Shown here one piece after another: positions 46,417 to 58,455 of a stretch of DNA of 64,000 nt (its first letter is position 1; each line of letters opens with the position of its first letter). Made by a program: the position numbers and the translations under genes. The notes beneath the pieces were generated by a model. The model was not told where the DNA came from and searched no databases. It saw nothing but the letters and a program-made list of their open reading frames with translations. This DNA comes from Caecitellus pseudoparvulus (Eukaryota > Protista > Bigyra: Bicosoecida): NCBI GenBank assembly GCA_965644315.1, contig CBFFRQ010000042.1:124001-188000 (forward strand), given 5' to 3'.

Positions 46417-49400
46417 ATGCGAAGGTCCCCAAGTGAGCTGCCGCCATGTGAGGTGGATTTGGGTTTGAATTCCGCAGCACCTGCTCTTCCTCGCCTTGCC
46501 TTGGAACACACCAGAATATGCACCCATGGACGCGGCCTCGCCCTTCTGCTCTGTGAAGACTGCCAAGCAATGGTTTCTTCGCTTCGCTTCACTCCGGGGT
46601 GCGTGCTGCGATGTGTGGGGGCCCGGCCGGTGCTCTCTGGCCCACAGTCATTCACCACGTCCGTTCCCGCAGGGCCGACGGGCGCGACTTATACTGCCGT
46701 GTTCACGGAGACGGCGATCGTCCCGGATTCACGTGCGACCATTGTACCAAGAACTTTTGCGAACTGTGTCTGGAGCGCCTCCTTGGCCCAGAGGCGGTGC
46801 GCGAAGCCGGTGCGGCGACTGTCTGGCACTGCCCTCAGTGTGCTCGCGACCCAGAGCTCGCATACCTGCAGGAGTTTGAGCCCCTCGTGACTGTGATGCA
46901 AGCTCTTGCAACCGAATGGTGGGTTGCGCGACCCTCATCTACCTGGACCGACCTGGAGCAACACCTGCGGGATGCTCAGCTTCAAGGCCGATTGGGACCT
47001 GGGCCCTCACGAGGTCTGGCCTGGCAGGGTGCGCCACTTCCCATCGCCATGGAAGCGCCCCCAGCACAAAGTGCGACCCTTCGAAGCTTTGTGCACGAGA
47101 AATTGACTGGGCACAAGGCGCAGCCGCGGCATGTCCCCTTCATGGAGCCGCGCATGCGGGGTGGACCACCGACCACACCTCGCGACATTCTAGAGGATGC
47201 CCAACTCGTGCACGGACTGGATTCAACGGGGCTCTCCCGTGCCGCGAAAGAACCTCGCATTACATTGCACCCAGATCTCTCCCATGGGTGCGAAGGCGTG
47301 CCCATTCCAGCCGTCATCTCCTTGTCTGCCTTCCGCTCCACGCAGCGGGCACTGTGGCAAGCCGCACGAAGGTATCACCCTCTTGTCGCTGCCATGGCAA
47401 AGACGTCAGTGGCCCTGCAGTGCAAGGGGCGCAATTATGCTGCTCCTGTGGACGCTCGCAGCAGCGGCTTGCGTGGCTACACCCTCGCAGCGCCTCCTGG
47501 TCAGGACCTGCTCTTCGGCGTTACGGGCCACATGCAGGGGGAGGGCCTGCTCGCAGTTCCCAGTGATGCAGCGCTGGACTCCAGCCAGACGCAGGAGGCT
47601 GCGATGGCGATATTGGACTCCCTGCATCGCACTGCCCAGGAGCAGCGCGAGTCTGCGGCGCAGTCTACTGCGGCTGCGGCGGAACGCGTGGCTGACGAGC
47701 CGGGGGCGAGCTCATGCCAAGTGGCTGCGAGCGGCGTCGTCGGGGAGCGACCTAAGAAACGGGGGCGTGGGAAGCACCGTCACCGGGAGCAAGCGGAGGG
47801 CATGCAGCGAGTGGGAGCGGTTGGACCCTCAAAACGTGCGCGATTCTTTGAGGATTCGCAGGGCGGTGCGTTGAGCGTGCCAGCTGCCGGCCCGGACACT
47901 GACCTGTGCGACATCACCCAGCAAGATGTGTGGCGTTTCCTGGACCCCAACATCACATACACGACGAAGAATGTTTTCGTACCTCCAGATCTACACAACT
48001 CTGCGACGGTGAAAGGCGTCACTGCCTGTGCATGCAACCTGCTGGTCGACCCGCACGCCGCCGAAGCGACCGGCAGCACCGTGGAGGCACACCAGCTGTC
48101 ACAGCGCATCGTCCGCAGGGCAGGGAACGGCGCTGGTGGAGGCTCCACAATGGCTGCATTCATGTCCTCGCTCCCGGTGGGTGGTGCCCAGAGCATGCTG
48201 GATGGCAAGTCACACGACCCTTCCAGAAGCGTGCACACTGTAGCAGGCTTGGGGGCGGCGCACGGCCTGCATGCCGACGGCCACACAGCCATGCACTGCC
48301 CGCCCATGAGGCCTCCCGCGAAGCGCACCTGTGACAGGTGCATTTGTGCTCAGCAACAGCGGCATAGTGACGACAAGGCGAATCCCTGCAAAGTCGGGTA
48401 CGCATGCGGCCCAGACTGCAACTGCAGTCACTCCTGTTCAGGCGGCGCGCAGTCACAAGTGCACCTGCCCCTTCAAGTGGTGTACATGGGTCCTGGAAAG
48501 GGCTGGGGCGTGTGGTGCACTCAGGACATTCCAGCCGGTACCGTCGTGTGCCCGTACGTTGGGGAGGTCATCACTAGTCTAGAGGCGGAGCGGAGAGGCC
48601 ACAAGGGCTCAACCCTGTGTGACGGCGGGCAAGGCGATGCTTACATGTACGAACTGAAGTGCCCCATGACCTCTGTCGGCCAGGCAGTGGACACACTGAA
48701 GAAGGCGCTCGCAGCGAGCAGCGCACGTGTTCCGCCACGGGCAAGTGCGACGTTGGCAGCAGCAGAAGCACTGGTGGGGATGCCTCACCCAGCCCTGGAC
48801 CGGGATCTCCGGTGCCCTGCCCCATTCGCGCGCGAGTTTTCCGCTGCGACCCGGGCCCGGATGGGAGTTGCCCTGACTGGAACGACACTTCCCATCTTCC
48901 AGGCTTTCGGTGTCGTGGCAGAGTCACCGGCAGAGTGGACACGGGTTAGCGCGGAGCCCCGACAGGGCCCAACTGCAGCGAGCTCATTTGCCCCTCCCGA
49001 GGATGTGGAAGAAGACCCAGCACCCGTCACTTCTGGTGCAGGCACTCACGCTGACGGAGTGCAACATCTCCGCGCCATCGCGAGGGAGTGGGGGGTTGGC
49101 CCAGCTGGCGGCTTCGTGGTGCAATCTGATCTCGCGCTTGGGCGGGTGCTCGACAGCGGAGGGCGCCACCAGGGATTGCTGCCGCTGGTTGTGCGTCAAC
49201 CGCACTTGACAGCTTACGGGCACCCGTACCTTGCACCCCACAAGGTTTTTGATGGCCTGCGGCATGAAGGGTGCCTGACCCGAGCAGAGCGCGATGAGTT
49301 CCTGGACCAGCGGCTGTACGTCGTTGACTCCCGTGCACGAGGCAACGTCGCCCGCTTCATCAACCACTCCTGTGACCCCAACTGTGAGGCAGTCGGCGTG

Positions 49401-49568
49401 GCGCGCTTGCCAGACCCACTCCTGCATGACGTTGTCATTAAGGCAGTGCGCGACATTCCCGCATACACGGAGATATCCTACGACTACGGGTATCAGGTGA
49501 ATATGAGCCCGTTTCGACAGCTCACGTGCCGTTGCGGTGCAGCCAACTGCAAAGGTCGCTTGTTGTAG
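46417..49568 (+). CDS. SUV39/SETDB-class histone lysine methyltransferase with N-terminal ADD (ATRX/DNMT3-type) zinc finger; start uncertain
   Basis: Intron 46599-46672. LLLCEDC...DGRDLYCRVHGDG..FTCDHCTKNFCELCLERLLG...WHCPQC, then DLSHGCEGVPIP, KGWGVWCTQDIPAG..CPYVGE, GNVARFINHSCDPN, EISYDYG and post-SET CRCGAANC. Confidence 0.85.
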
Positions 49569-49582
49569 TGCATTGGGTTCGG

Positions 49583-51314
49583 TCATGGCGCTGGCTTCTT
49601 GGAGCCCGCAGCGCTGTCCTCGGCCGGAATGAGAGCAACCCGCTTCTTGCCTCCCACAGAGGCTTGCTCCTTCTTTCTGGGCTGAAGGGTGTTGGTGGTG
49701 CCACTACCTCCTCCCAACAACGCTGCAAGTCCTGACGTGTCCGTGCTGGCTCCTTGGCCGGCAGTGCCTGATGGTGCTGCCGCTTGGTCGGCTGCAGCTG
49801 CGGAGCCGAAGCCGATGGTGGTGGTCGCGCTTGCAGGTGCACCACTCCCCGCCGAAGCGCCTAACATATTCATCAACTGTGATATGGCGTCCCCTGCTTG
49901 TCCGCTCGCCTCCTCGCTGGGCGCATCGTCACTGATAATGTCCGCGGCCCGCTGCAGAGTGCTGTCGACGATTCCAGCGCTCTGGGCTACGAGAGTGTGC
50001 AGCGGAGACGACTCCAATCCGGAGCTGCCTAACCACGACTTCCACGCTTCACCTACTCCTGGAAGTTGATCTGCCAAAGGCTCTTGCTTGGGTGCAGCTG
50101 CCCCTGCCGTGGCTCCCACGGTTTGCTTGGCGCTGCCTGGCTCTCCCTTCACTTTCTCGCTGGCCTGTTCGTAAGCCTGCAGGAGCGGCGTCCAGGCCCT
50201 CACCAGGCCTGCTTGGGCTGCATGTTGGGCGGTTCCATGTTCCAACATGTGGTGGATGTGCTCCATCATGCCCTGCGCGCTGCTGTGCTGGTGCGACAAG
50301 GTCTTCTTCAGAGCCTCGTGGCGCTCTTCGGAAGGTAGATCAGGCATGGAGGACTGCAGCAGCCACGCAGCCGCCAAGCTTGAATGCACTTCTGCCACCC
50401 TGCTGTCATGGACTGGTAGCTGCTTCTCGTAAATCTCCAGGGCAGCTGTGAAGTCTTGCACAGCTCCCGTAGCCACTTCGTTCTCCATCTGGATGTCACC
50501 CAGCAGTGACCTGGCCTCTGCGATGCGCAACGTCACTTCTGCCTGAACCGGCATCCCTGAAAACAAGCGGACCGCTGTTTCAAGACACTCCCATGCAATT
50601 TCGAGGTTTTCATGACGCTGTTCTTCGACGGCTGCACGCATGGCAGACGCTTCGTCCAGCTCTGGCTCCTCGCTCTCCTGACCGGCTGGCGCACTTGAAG
50701 CCATTTGAATGTCGGGTTGCGCGTCTCCTGTAGCATCGGTTGGTTTTTGGTTGCTGCTTGTGCTGTCTGCAGGGGAGGCGGCGACAGAGGGGGCCTGCCG
50801 TGGCATTCAAATGGCAGGTGGCGTTGGCGTTTCACCTACCGTTGCTACCCGCAAGACCAGCCAGTTCCGATTGGGACTGCGCGCATCAGAAGCTAGGGTG
50901 AGCACAGGGCACACAGAAGGCACTTCTGATGCATAGGCGCCCCTCACCTGGGCGATGCGAACCAGCGTGGATCCGTACTTCAACCACAGCTCGGCAACTC
51001 GAGGGTCTGTGTCTCCGTGTTGTTCACAGCTGTGCCGAGCGCAGTGCTCATTCGTTGGATGCAACTGCCCATGGAGGCCACCATGCTCGCCACGTACCAC
51101 ATCTCCAATGCCTTGCTGTACGCCTCTGAGGCCTCGTCCAACTTGCCTTGTCGCTCCTTGGCCTCAGCCTGCATCCACCTGCGGCATTTGCATGAGCTGG
51201 TGCGCCGAGCCGCGGCCCGACCAGCCAGCGCCGTCGGACGCACATAAGGCGGACAGCAGGGTTCCCGTGCAGCTGTGCTCGCATGGAGGCAAGCGATGCT
51301 CCCGTATCTGCCAT
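49583..51314 (-). CDS. NASP: NASP/Sim3-family histone chaperone (SHNi-TPR)
   Basis: Multi-exon. EQHGDTDPRVAELWLKYGSTL, NLEIAWECLETA, LGDIQMENE...AVQDF..AL, RVAEVH..LA, basic C-terminal QPRKK. Confidence 0.8.
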
Positions 51315-51541
51315 AGTGGAGACCGTCTTGCTTGCAGTGTTGAGAGGCAAAGCGCCCCACCTACGCAGCCGCCGGCGAGACAGCGAGTGCACTATTGCAG
51401 GGTGAACACCCGGGCCAAATCGCACTGGAGGTCCCAATTCATGCACGGGCGTCCTGATCGTTTTCCTATGCACGCGCAACTGTCTCCTGAGAAGGTGCCC
51501 CGGCAAGCTCAGCTGACCAACACCTCTTGGCGTGGTGTGCC

Positions 51542-54500
51542 ATGTCGGCTGCAGAAGTCTCCGGCTCGTTGGCCGAATGTTGGGCAGCTCATGTGCAGAC
51601 TCTGGAGCTAGAGAGGGGCCGACGTCAGACTCGCCCCCTTGAGCGAAAGGACCCGAGCCATGAAGCATGGCTCTCCCACCAGCACTCGTACGTTCAACCT
51701 GCTTGCCTCTGGGCTGGCATCTGTGCACTGTGCACTTGCCCTTGCCGTAGGCTGGTGGAGAGTGCCTGGGGGCATTTGTGCATTCAGTGCAAAGCACAAG
51801 ACTTTTCAGCAGACTTGACTTGCCGTCTTGTGGACGAGAGCTCTGTGAGTATGCGCTGGCGCAGAAGGTTCGGAGCAGCTGCGGAAATCACTGGTGATTG
51901 TGCTCGGATTCCGTGCACAGGAGACACGCACGCAAGCGTTGCAGTCGCTGGCTGTGGAAGTACTTGCCCTGCAACACGTTGAGGGAATGGGAGGCATCGG
52001 CAGCTTCAAGGAGCACCAGCGCCGTGTGGAAGGGTTGCTTGTTGCCACCCTGGGGCATTGGGATGCGTCGGCCAGGCGTCGTGCCGTGCGCCTGCTGAAT
52101 GCGCTGTACGACGGCATCGCCTGGCAGCTGGACGCCCCGTTTGCAGCACCAGTGCTGACGACTGTTGGAGCGTCTTGCTCCCTCACTGTGCACACCTCGC
52201 TAGCTGAGGATGCCCCACCCGACAGCGCGTTCGCCTTCCAGTTGAGCTCGCCATGCTGGACACGAGAGGCATCCACGCACAGCATCTTGACTCTGCACGC
52301 GCCAGATAGCCATGACCAAGAGCCAGGAGCCCTTCCGGGTTCTCGCATTGCCACGCTGCAGTTGCAGCTGCCCCCGTTCCCGCGTTGCGGCTTCTACGAT
52401 TGGCGCCTCGTCTCCATCTCGCCCGACGGCATCGCGGTCCCTGTTGTTCCGTGCCCTGCTGCGGAGGATGCAGCACCCCACAGCCCTTCATCGTTGCCCC
52501 CCTCCGTCCCACCCGGGGCATTGATTGCGCAAGGGCGCTTCATCGTGCACCCGCAAGGCACCGGCGCGCAGCGGATGCATGAGGTGCTCGTGGACCTGCA
52601 CAGCCCAGACATCACTCCAGATGGGCAAGTGGTGGCCCACGGAACGTTTTCAAGGCTTGCGGAGGCGATGCCAGACCTTGCTGCCCAGGGTGTTCAAGTG
52701 CTGCATGTTCAGGGTGCCATGGAGCGCGACAATGGTTGGCTGGAGAGCAGCGAGGTGGTGCAAGGTTTGCACGACAGCCAAAGTCATGGTGTCCCTGGAA
52801 GCCCCCCTTCCGTTGAAATCGGCAGGCGCGGCCTGGCTGCGCGTCCAGATGCTTCACCACATGCGATTGTCTCGCGCTCGACTCCGTGTGCCATGCTGGG
52901 CGGGCGAGCGGGGTTCAAGGCGCTGCTGGATGCAGCCAGTAGCAACGGCGTGCAAGTCATGGTGCCCCTGCACCCACATGTGGCTGCAGCACGTGCGCAC
53001 AGGTGCTATCGAGAAATGCTGGCTATGACCCTTGATGAAGGCGGCTGTCCCGTGCGGCACCCTGGCACTGACGGTGTGCTGAACCAGTGGGAGGACACGA
53101 GCCTGCTGAACTACCGGCTACTGCCGGCCTGGGAGGTTCTTGTCGAGGAAGCCAAGGCCCTTGCATCACAGCTGGGCGTCAATGGCGTCTACATCATGGA
53201 TGCATCTTCCCTTCCTTTGATCATGGAGGCAGATGCCTCAGAGTTGGGCCGTGTGGACGTGGATGGCAAGCCAGCCTACTCTACTACGGACCAGCTGCAA
53301 GGCACGGTGGTTGTTCCCAATGCGGAAGTTGGGTACTGGCTGGACGCGGCAGCTTCTGCAGCTGACATGGCGCAGGCCCTGGAGTCAGAGGGACATGGGG
53401 CCGAGTCTGGAGAGCAGATGGAAAGCCTGGGAGGTGGCCGTGGCGGCGGCGGGGTCATTCTCGGCACCCGCAACATTGCCCTGTATGCAAACCCACTGCT
53501 CGTGAAGCTCGCAAAAGCTGTATGGAGCATTGCACCCAACTTTTCTTTGGTCGGCGAGGCACACTGGGGCCGGCAATCGTCCTTGCAGCGGTCAGGCATC
53601 GTCCCACACCTTGCTGCGACGCCAGGAGCCCTCGCCCGCACGGTGGACCGCACGGTAGATAAGGCCGGGACCATTCGTGTGGCCCCTCGTCGGCAAGGCG
53701 ACATTGCTGTGGGAGCCCTTCAGCGTGCTCTTGCCTACGACTTGGCGACAGCTCCTCCTGGTGGCTTGCACTGCTCTGTACGCAGCCTCACCTCCTCCCG
53801 GCACCCATACCCCACGCTGGCACTCGAGCGGGCAGCCTGGACGGCTGTGGATGCCAGCCGGTGTCTTCCAGGCACCATCATGACGTTCGGGGATGAGACT
53901 AGCGGAGCTGCGCACCGCCTGAATATCGCTGGAGCGTACGTGCACAACGAAGCATTCCGCGAGGAAGAAGCCCGCAGAGCAGAGGCCCGGCTCCAGCGTC
54001 GGCGGGCTCGGCTGAGCGCGCTTCCCTGGGCCGTCAAAGCTGGGCGCGCAGGCCTTACACTGCGCGTTCGTGGGGGAGGAGCACAAGGTGGACAACGCCT
54101 CCTGCACAGCTCCACGGGCGATTCTGAGAACAGCGCGTTTTCCAGCCGCAAAGCGGCGGCAGCGGCGGCGGTGGTATCAGGCACAAGCTTTCTTCCTCAG
54201 GCAAGCTCTGCGGAGGGCGGCTACGAGGGCCATATCGGAGTTGGGGGTGTCGTGCCGGCCATGCCGCTTCGAGGTGTTGGTGGCTTGCGACCGTCGGCTT
54301 CCTCTGGAAGCCTGGCCTCCTCCATTGCCTCGGCACCAGAGGATTGGACTGGCACACCTCCAGGGGTCGAGGCGCGTGCTCCAGGCAGTGACCCACCCTC
54401 TGGCCGCGTCTCTGGCTTGGCTGCTGATCGAGTGGAAACGTTTGACTTTGTGTCAGATGCGGGGAGTGTGTACGCCGGTGAGGGACCTGAGGACGACGTG

Positions 54501-57500
54501 GTAGATAGCTGGAGCCAGGGTGACGACGATGAAGCCAACTTACGGCACACAGCCTTGGGCTTAGCGGGGGATCGGGAACCAGACATCATCGCTGCAGCCC
54601 TCGCTGTGGCGGGTCCCTCATCTTCTGGAGTCTCTTTGCTGTGCCCTCATGTCCTGGCCGTTGACCCCCACGGCACTGGGGCTGTGTCGCGGGCGAGTGT
54701 GGGTCGAGCCCCGCAGCACGCCGAGGGTGTGGTGCAAGCTGCATTGGCCGCTGCTCACTCCCAGAGTGTCACGTCTTGGCGCCCCCCCAAGGAGCAACAC
54801 GGTACCAGCGCGCAAGTGTCTCACTTGGCATGGCTTGAAGGCGAAGTGCGCGCCCGCATTGGACCCCAATTCGGCTTTGACACCACCAAGCTGGCTGCGC
54901 ACTATAAGCACAGGGATGCAGTCCGCAGCGCATACCCCTCCCTCGTGCATGGGCGTATGGCGTTGCTGTCGGCACGACACCGCTTCGGTGAGCATGGGCA
55001 TGTGCTAGCTTTCGCCCGCTACACTTGGTTCGACGAAGTGCCCGCGGCGGCGGCGGCAGTTGGCTCAGCTTCCAGTGTTGGTCTGTTTGGGAGGCAGCCC
55101 GAGCGACCAGCAGATGAAGTTTGCATCGTGGCCTGCAACTTCAACGCTTTCGCCTCCACAGTCAGTGTTGACGCTTCTGCACTGGCCTCTGTGTTCGGAG
55201 CGTCGCACAGAGACACCCTCGCGCCACGATCCGGCAGCGGCGGCGCCAGCGAGCAGCGGCCTGGCATGCGAAAGAACTACTCCATCTCGGACTTCGTCTC
55301 TGAGGAAGGGCCCAGTGACAGCGGGTGGAACGGGTCAAGCGGCGTTTTGGGAGGGGGTGTGTGGGAAGCCCGTGACGCATTCCAGGCTAGTCTTGAGCAG
55401 CTGCAGTCTCGGCAGCTAGAGTTGGCAGCAGGGCTTGCACGGGGATCAGTGCACTCCAGCCCGCTGTGTTCAGCGGATGGCCCGCTGGTGGGATTTCTAA
55501 CCTCTGACGAAGCTGCCTACGCGCCACTCCAGACAACGCTTCCCCCGTTTAAGTCCTTCTGCTGGGTGCTGCGCCCTTTGGTGGATGCTACCTCACCAAC
55601 GGTGTCAGGGTCCTCCAGCGCGAGTCTTCAGTGGGTTTTTGCCTCTGCGGCCCTGCGTCTTCAGACCATGCTGCAGTTACCGGAGCTGGGCAAGGGCACA
55701 GCTGTGCGCTTGGCGGACGGCAGCGCTGGGGTGGGGGATCCCATGGCTTCCGAAGAGGTCGGCCCCAGCCGCAGCATGGGCCCTGGAGATGCCCTTCGCG
55801 ATGAAGAAGTGGTGGCATTTGCCAGGCACAACCTGTTGCACGCCACCATGCGCCGCGTCGTGACGGACACTGCGGACCACTGCGAGGCGCTTGCGTCTGG
55901 CAACTTTTCTGCTGTCGCTGGCGGGGCTTCTCCCGGCCCTGCATCTGCTTTGGCCCTCTCTGGACCTGCCCTCAAAGAATTTGATCAGGAAGGTGCAGCC
56001 CAGGCAGCCAGCCCTGGGCCTATGCCGCTGGGCGATGCTTTGCCCCCGCACAGCAGGGCTGTGGCTGTAGAGGCGTGCGCAGCTCGGCTGCTGACAACCC
56101 TTCGAAGCCTTGCCGTGCACTTGCAGCTGTCTGTTGCCGAGCTGCCACCGCAAGATGAAGGCGTTGATACTCCTGACGATTGTCGCAAGTTTACCAGGCG
56201 ACTGCAGGCTGCTCCTCTGCCTTTCTTGCCATCACAGGATAGCACGACGCCGCCGTCGCAGCGGTGGGGCGCTGTGGATGTAGAGGTCATTGTGCGGCTG
56301 CTGCGGATCAGCCTGTTCATGGCCTGCCGGGAGGACCCACCGGTGTCCACATCACTCATGCTGTCTGCTTTGGCCCACGCAGCACTGCAGGACCCCCACT
56401 CTCCAGCGGGGGTGCTTGCTGCGGCCATGGTTGCTGACTCTGACCTTGGACCAATTGTCTTCGTCACCCCGGAGCTGGGCAAGTGGTCCACTGTCGGTGG
56501 TTTGGGCGTCATGGTGGATGAGCTGACCACGTCCCTTGCAGACATGGGTGCTGATGTCACAGTGGTCAGCCCCTTCTACGACGTAGATCGAAAAGGTCGC
56601 GGGGACTACCTGCGCCCTGACGGCATCCTGTACACAGGGCGCAACGTCGGCGTGTGGGTGGGGGGGCAGTGGGTGGAGCTTGGGGTGCACGAGGGCCGCG
56701 TGCGTGGCGTGCGCCTGCTTTTCTTGCATCAACGGGATGTCTTCCCCAGGCCTTACCCCACCCTCGACGCCCGCGGGCAACTGCATGCACTGGTGACGTT
56801 TGCCAAGGGTGCTCTGGAAACGATGTGCCAGTGGCGCATTTCCCCTGGCATTGTCGTCACGAATGACTGGTTCACGGGGCTCATGCCAGCGTATGCGCGG
56901 ATGGGCCTGTTTGGGAACGCCTTCAACTCCACAGACTTCATGCACATTGCCCACAACCTGGATCCCTCCTACGAAGGGCGCCTCTACCCATCGGATGCAG
57001 ACGGCGACCTGCACTGGCTGCACGGGCTCCCGCGCCACCTACTAGTGGACGACACCTGGAGCGACGTCGTGTTGAATCCTTCTCGCTGTGCGCTGCTGGC
57101 CAGTGACACGTGGGCGACAGTTTCGAAGTCTTACCGGGCCGACCTGCTGGCAGGATCCCCGCTTCGTCACATCTTGCGGCAAGCTCCGCACCCATTCGGG
57201 CATGCCAATGGTATCCCCGTGGCGTTGCGTGAGGCCAAGTTGCAGCGCCTAAGCACCAACACTCACGCGACGGCCAAAGCAGCCTTGCAGCGGAAGTACT
57301 TCGGCATGCAAGCCCCAGACGAGAGCATTCCAATGTTTGGTTTTGTCGGGCGCATCACGCTGCAGAAGGGGGTGCACCTTATCTTGAACTCGGTGGAGCC
57401 ATTGTTGCACAGCCTTGGAGGGCGGGTGCAGTTTATTCTGGGCGGCATGGCTTCTGCCTCCGATACCTATGGCAGGGCTTGTGCCAGCAAGATGCGGGAG

Positions 57501-58292
57501 CTGGCGGCGAAGCACCCGAGGAACTTCTGGGCTGACCCCAGCGCCTTTTTCACAGATGGCCCTGTCGTGAACTTGGGTTGTGACTTTGGCCTCATGCCGT
57601 CCATGTTTGAGCCAGGTGGCATCGTTCAACATGAGTTCTTGGTGGCAGGCACCCCTGTGCTGGCCTTCAGAACCGGTGGCCTCAAGGACACCATCCAGGA
57701 GTTCTCTCCAGGAGCTCTTAGCGGGAATGGTGTGTTGTTTGACGAACACCGCTCATGGGACTTCCAGCAAGCAGTGAACAGGTGTGTCACCACGTTCAGA
57801 TCTGCCCCTCTCTATGAAGCGCTGCGACGCAATGCCAGGGCATCCGTTATGGACCTACAGCAGGTCACAGCTGCCTGGTGCGCTGAGTTCCACCGGGTGA
57901 AGCGATGCTTGGCGGCTCCATCAGGCTGGGGTGCACTGCTCCCTGGCAGGCGCGGGGACGTCGGTGCTCGCGGTGGGGAGGAAGGTGGTCCAGGCAGAGT
58001 GCGTGTTGTGCTGCAGTTGGGCGTGGCGGAGATACCAGGCGCGTCACTCTCCTCAACCGTGCGCCTGGCTGGCTCTTTCTTGCCCAACTGGACTGCCACT
58101 GTGCCCGCCGTCCTGTCTCCCTCAGGCACCAGCTTCGAGGTGTCTTTGCATTTGCAGCCGGGGGAGTACTTGTACAAGTGGATTGTGGATGGGAAATGGT
58201 GTTGCAGCAGCTATCAGGCCATGTCGTTCGACGCGAGTGGTATCGCAAACCACCGACTCACCGTGCACCCTCCAGCGGTCATGCACCAGTAG
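51542..58292 (+). CDS. Multidomain alpha-glucan (glycogen/starch) synthase: GH13-like region + GT5 + C-terminal CBM48-like module
   Basis: Probable introns 51688-51750 and 51845-51920. GT5 motifs ELGKWSTVGGLG, TNDW, HNL, GRITLQKG, PSMFEPGG, TGGLKDT. C-terminal LAGSF.PNW...LQPGEYLYKWIVDGKW. N-terminal amylase-like pattern GTF..L...L...GVQVL, NQWED..LLNY, LVGE. Confidence 0.88.
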
Positions 58293-58455
58293 ACAGCCTG
58301 GTGGGCACGGCAATTTGAAACGCGCCCCGAATGCAGCACGGTAGTAATCTATGTCAAGTCTCTGCTATGAGCCTCTGCTTTGGCAATCTGCACAGCAGGG
58401 TGCTCTTGGGAGGCTCCGTGGCATCAGGCAAAACGCACGTGAAACTCCGCATGCC

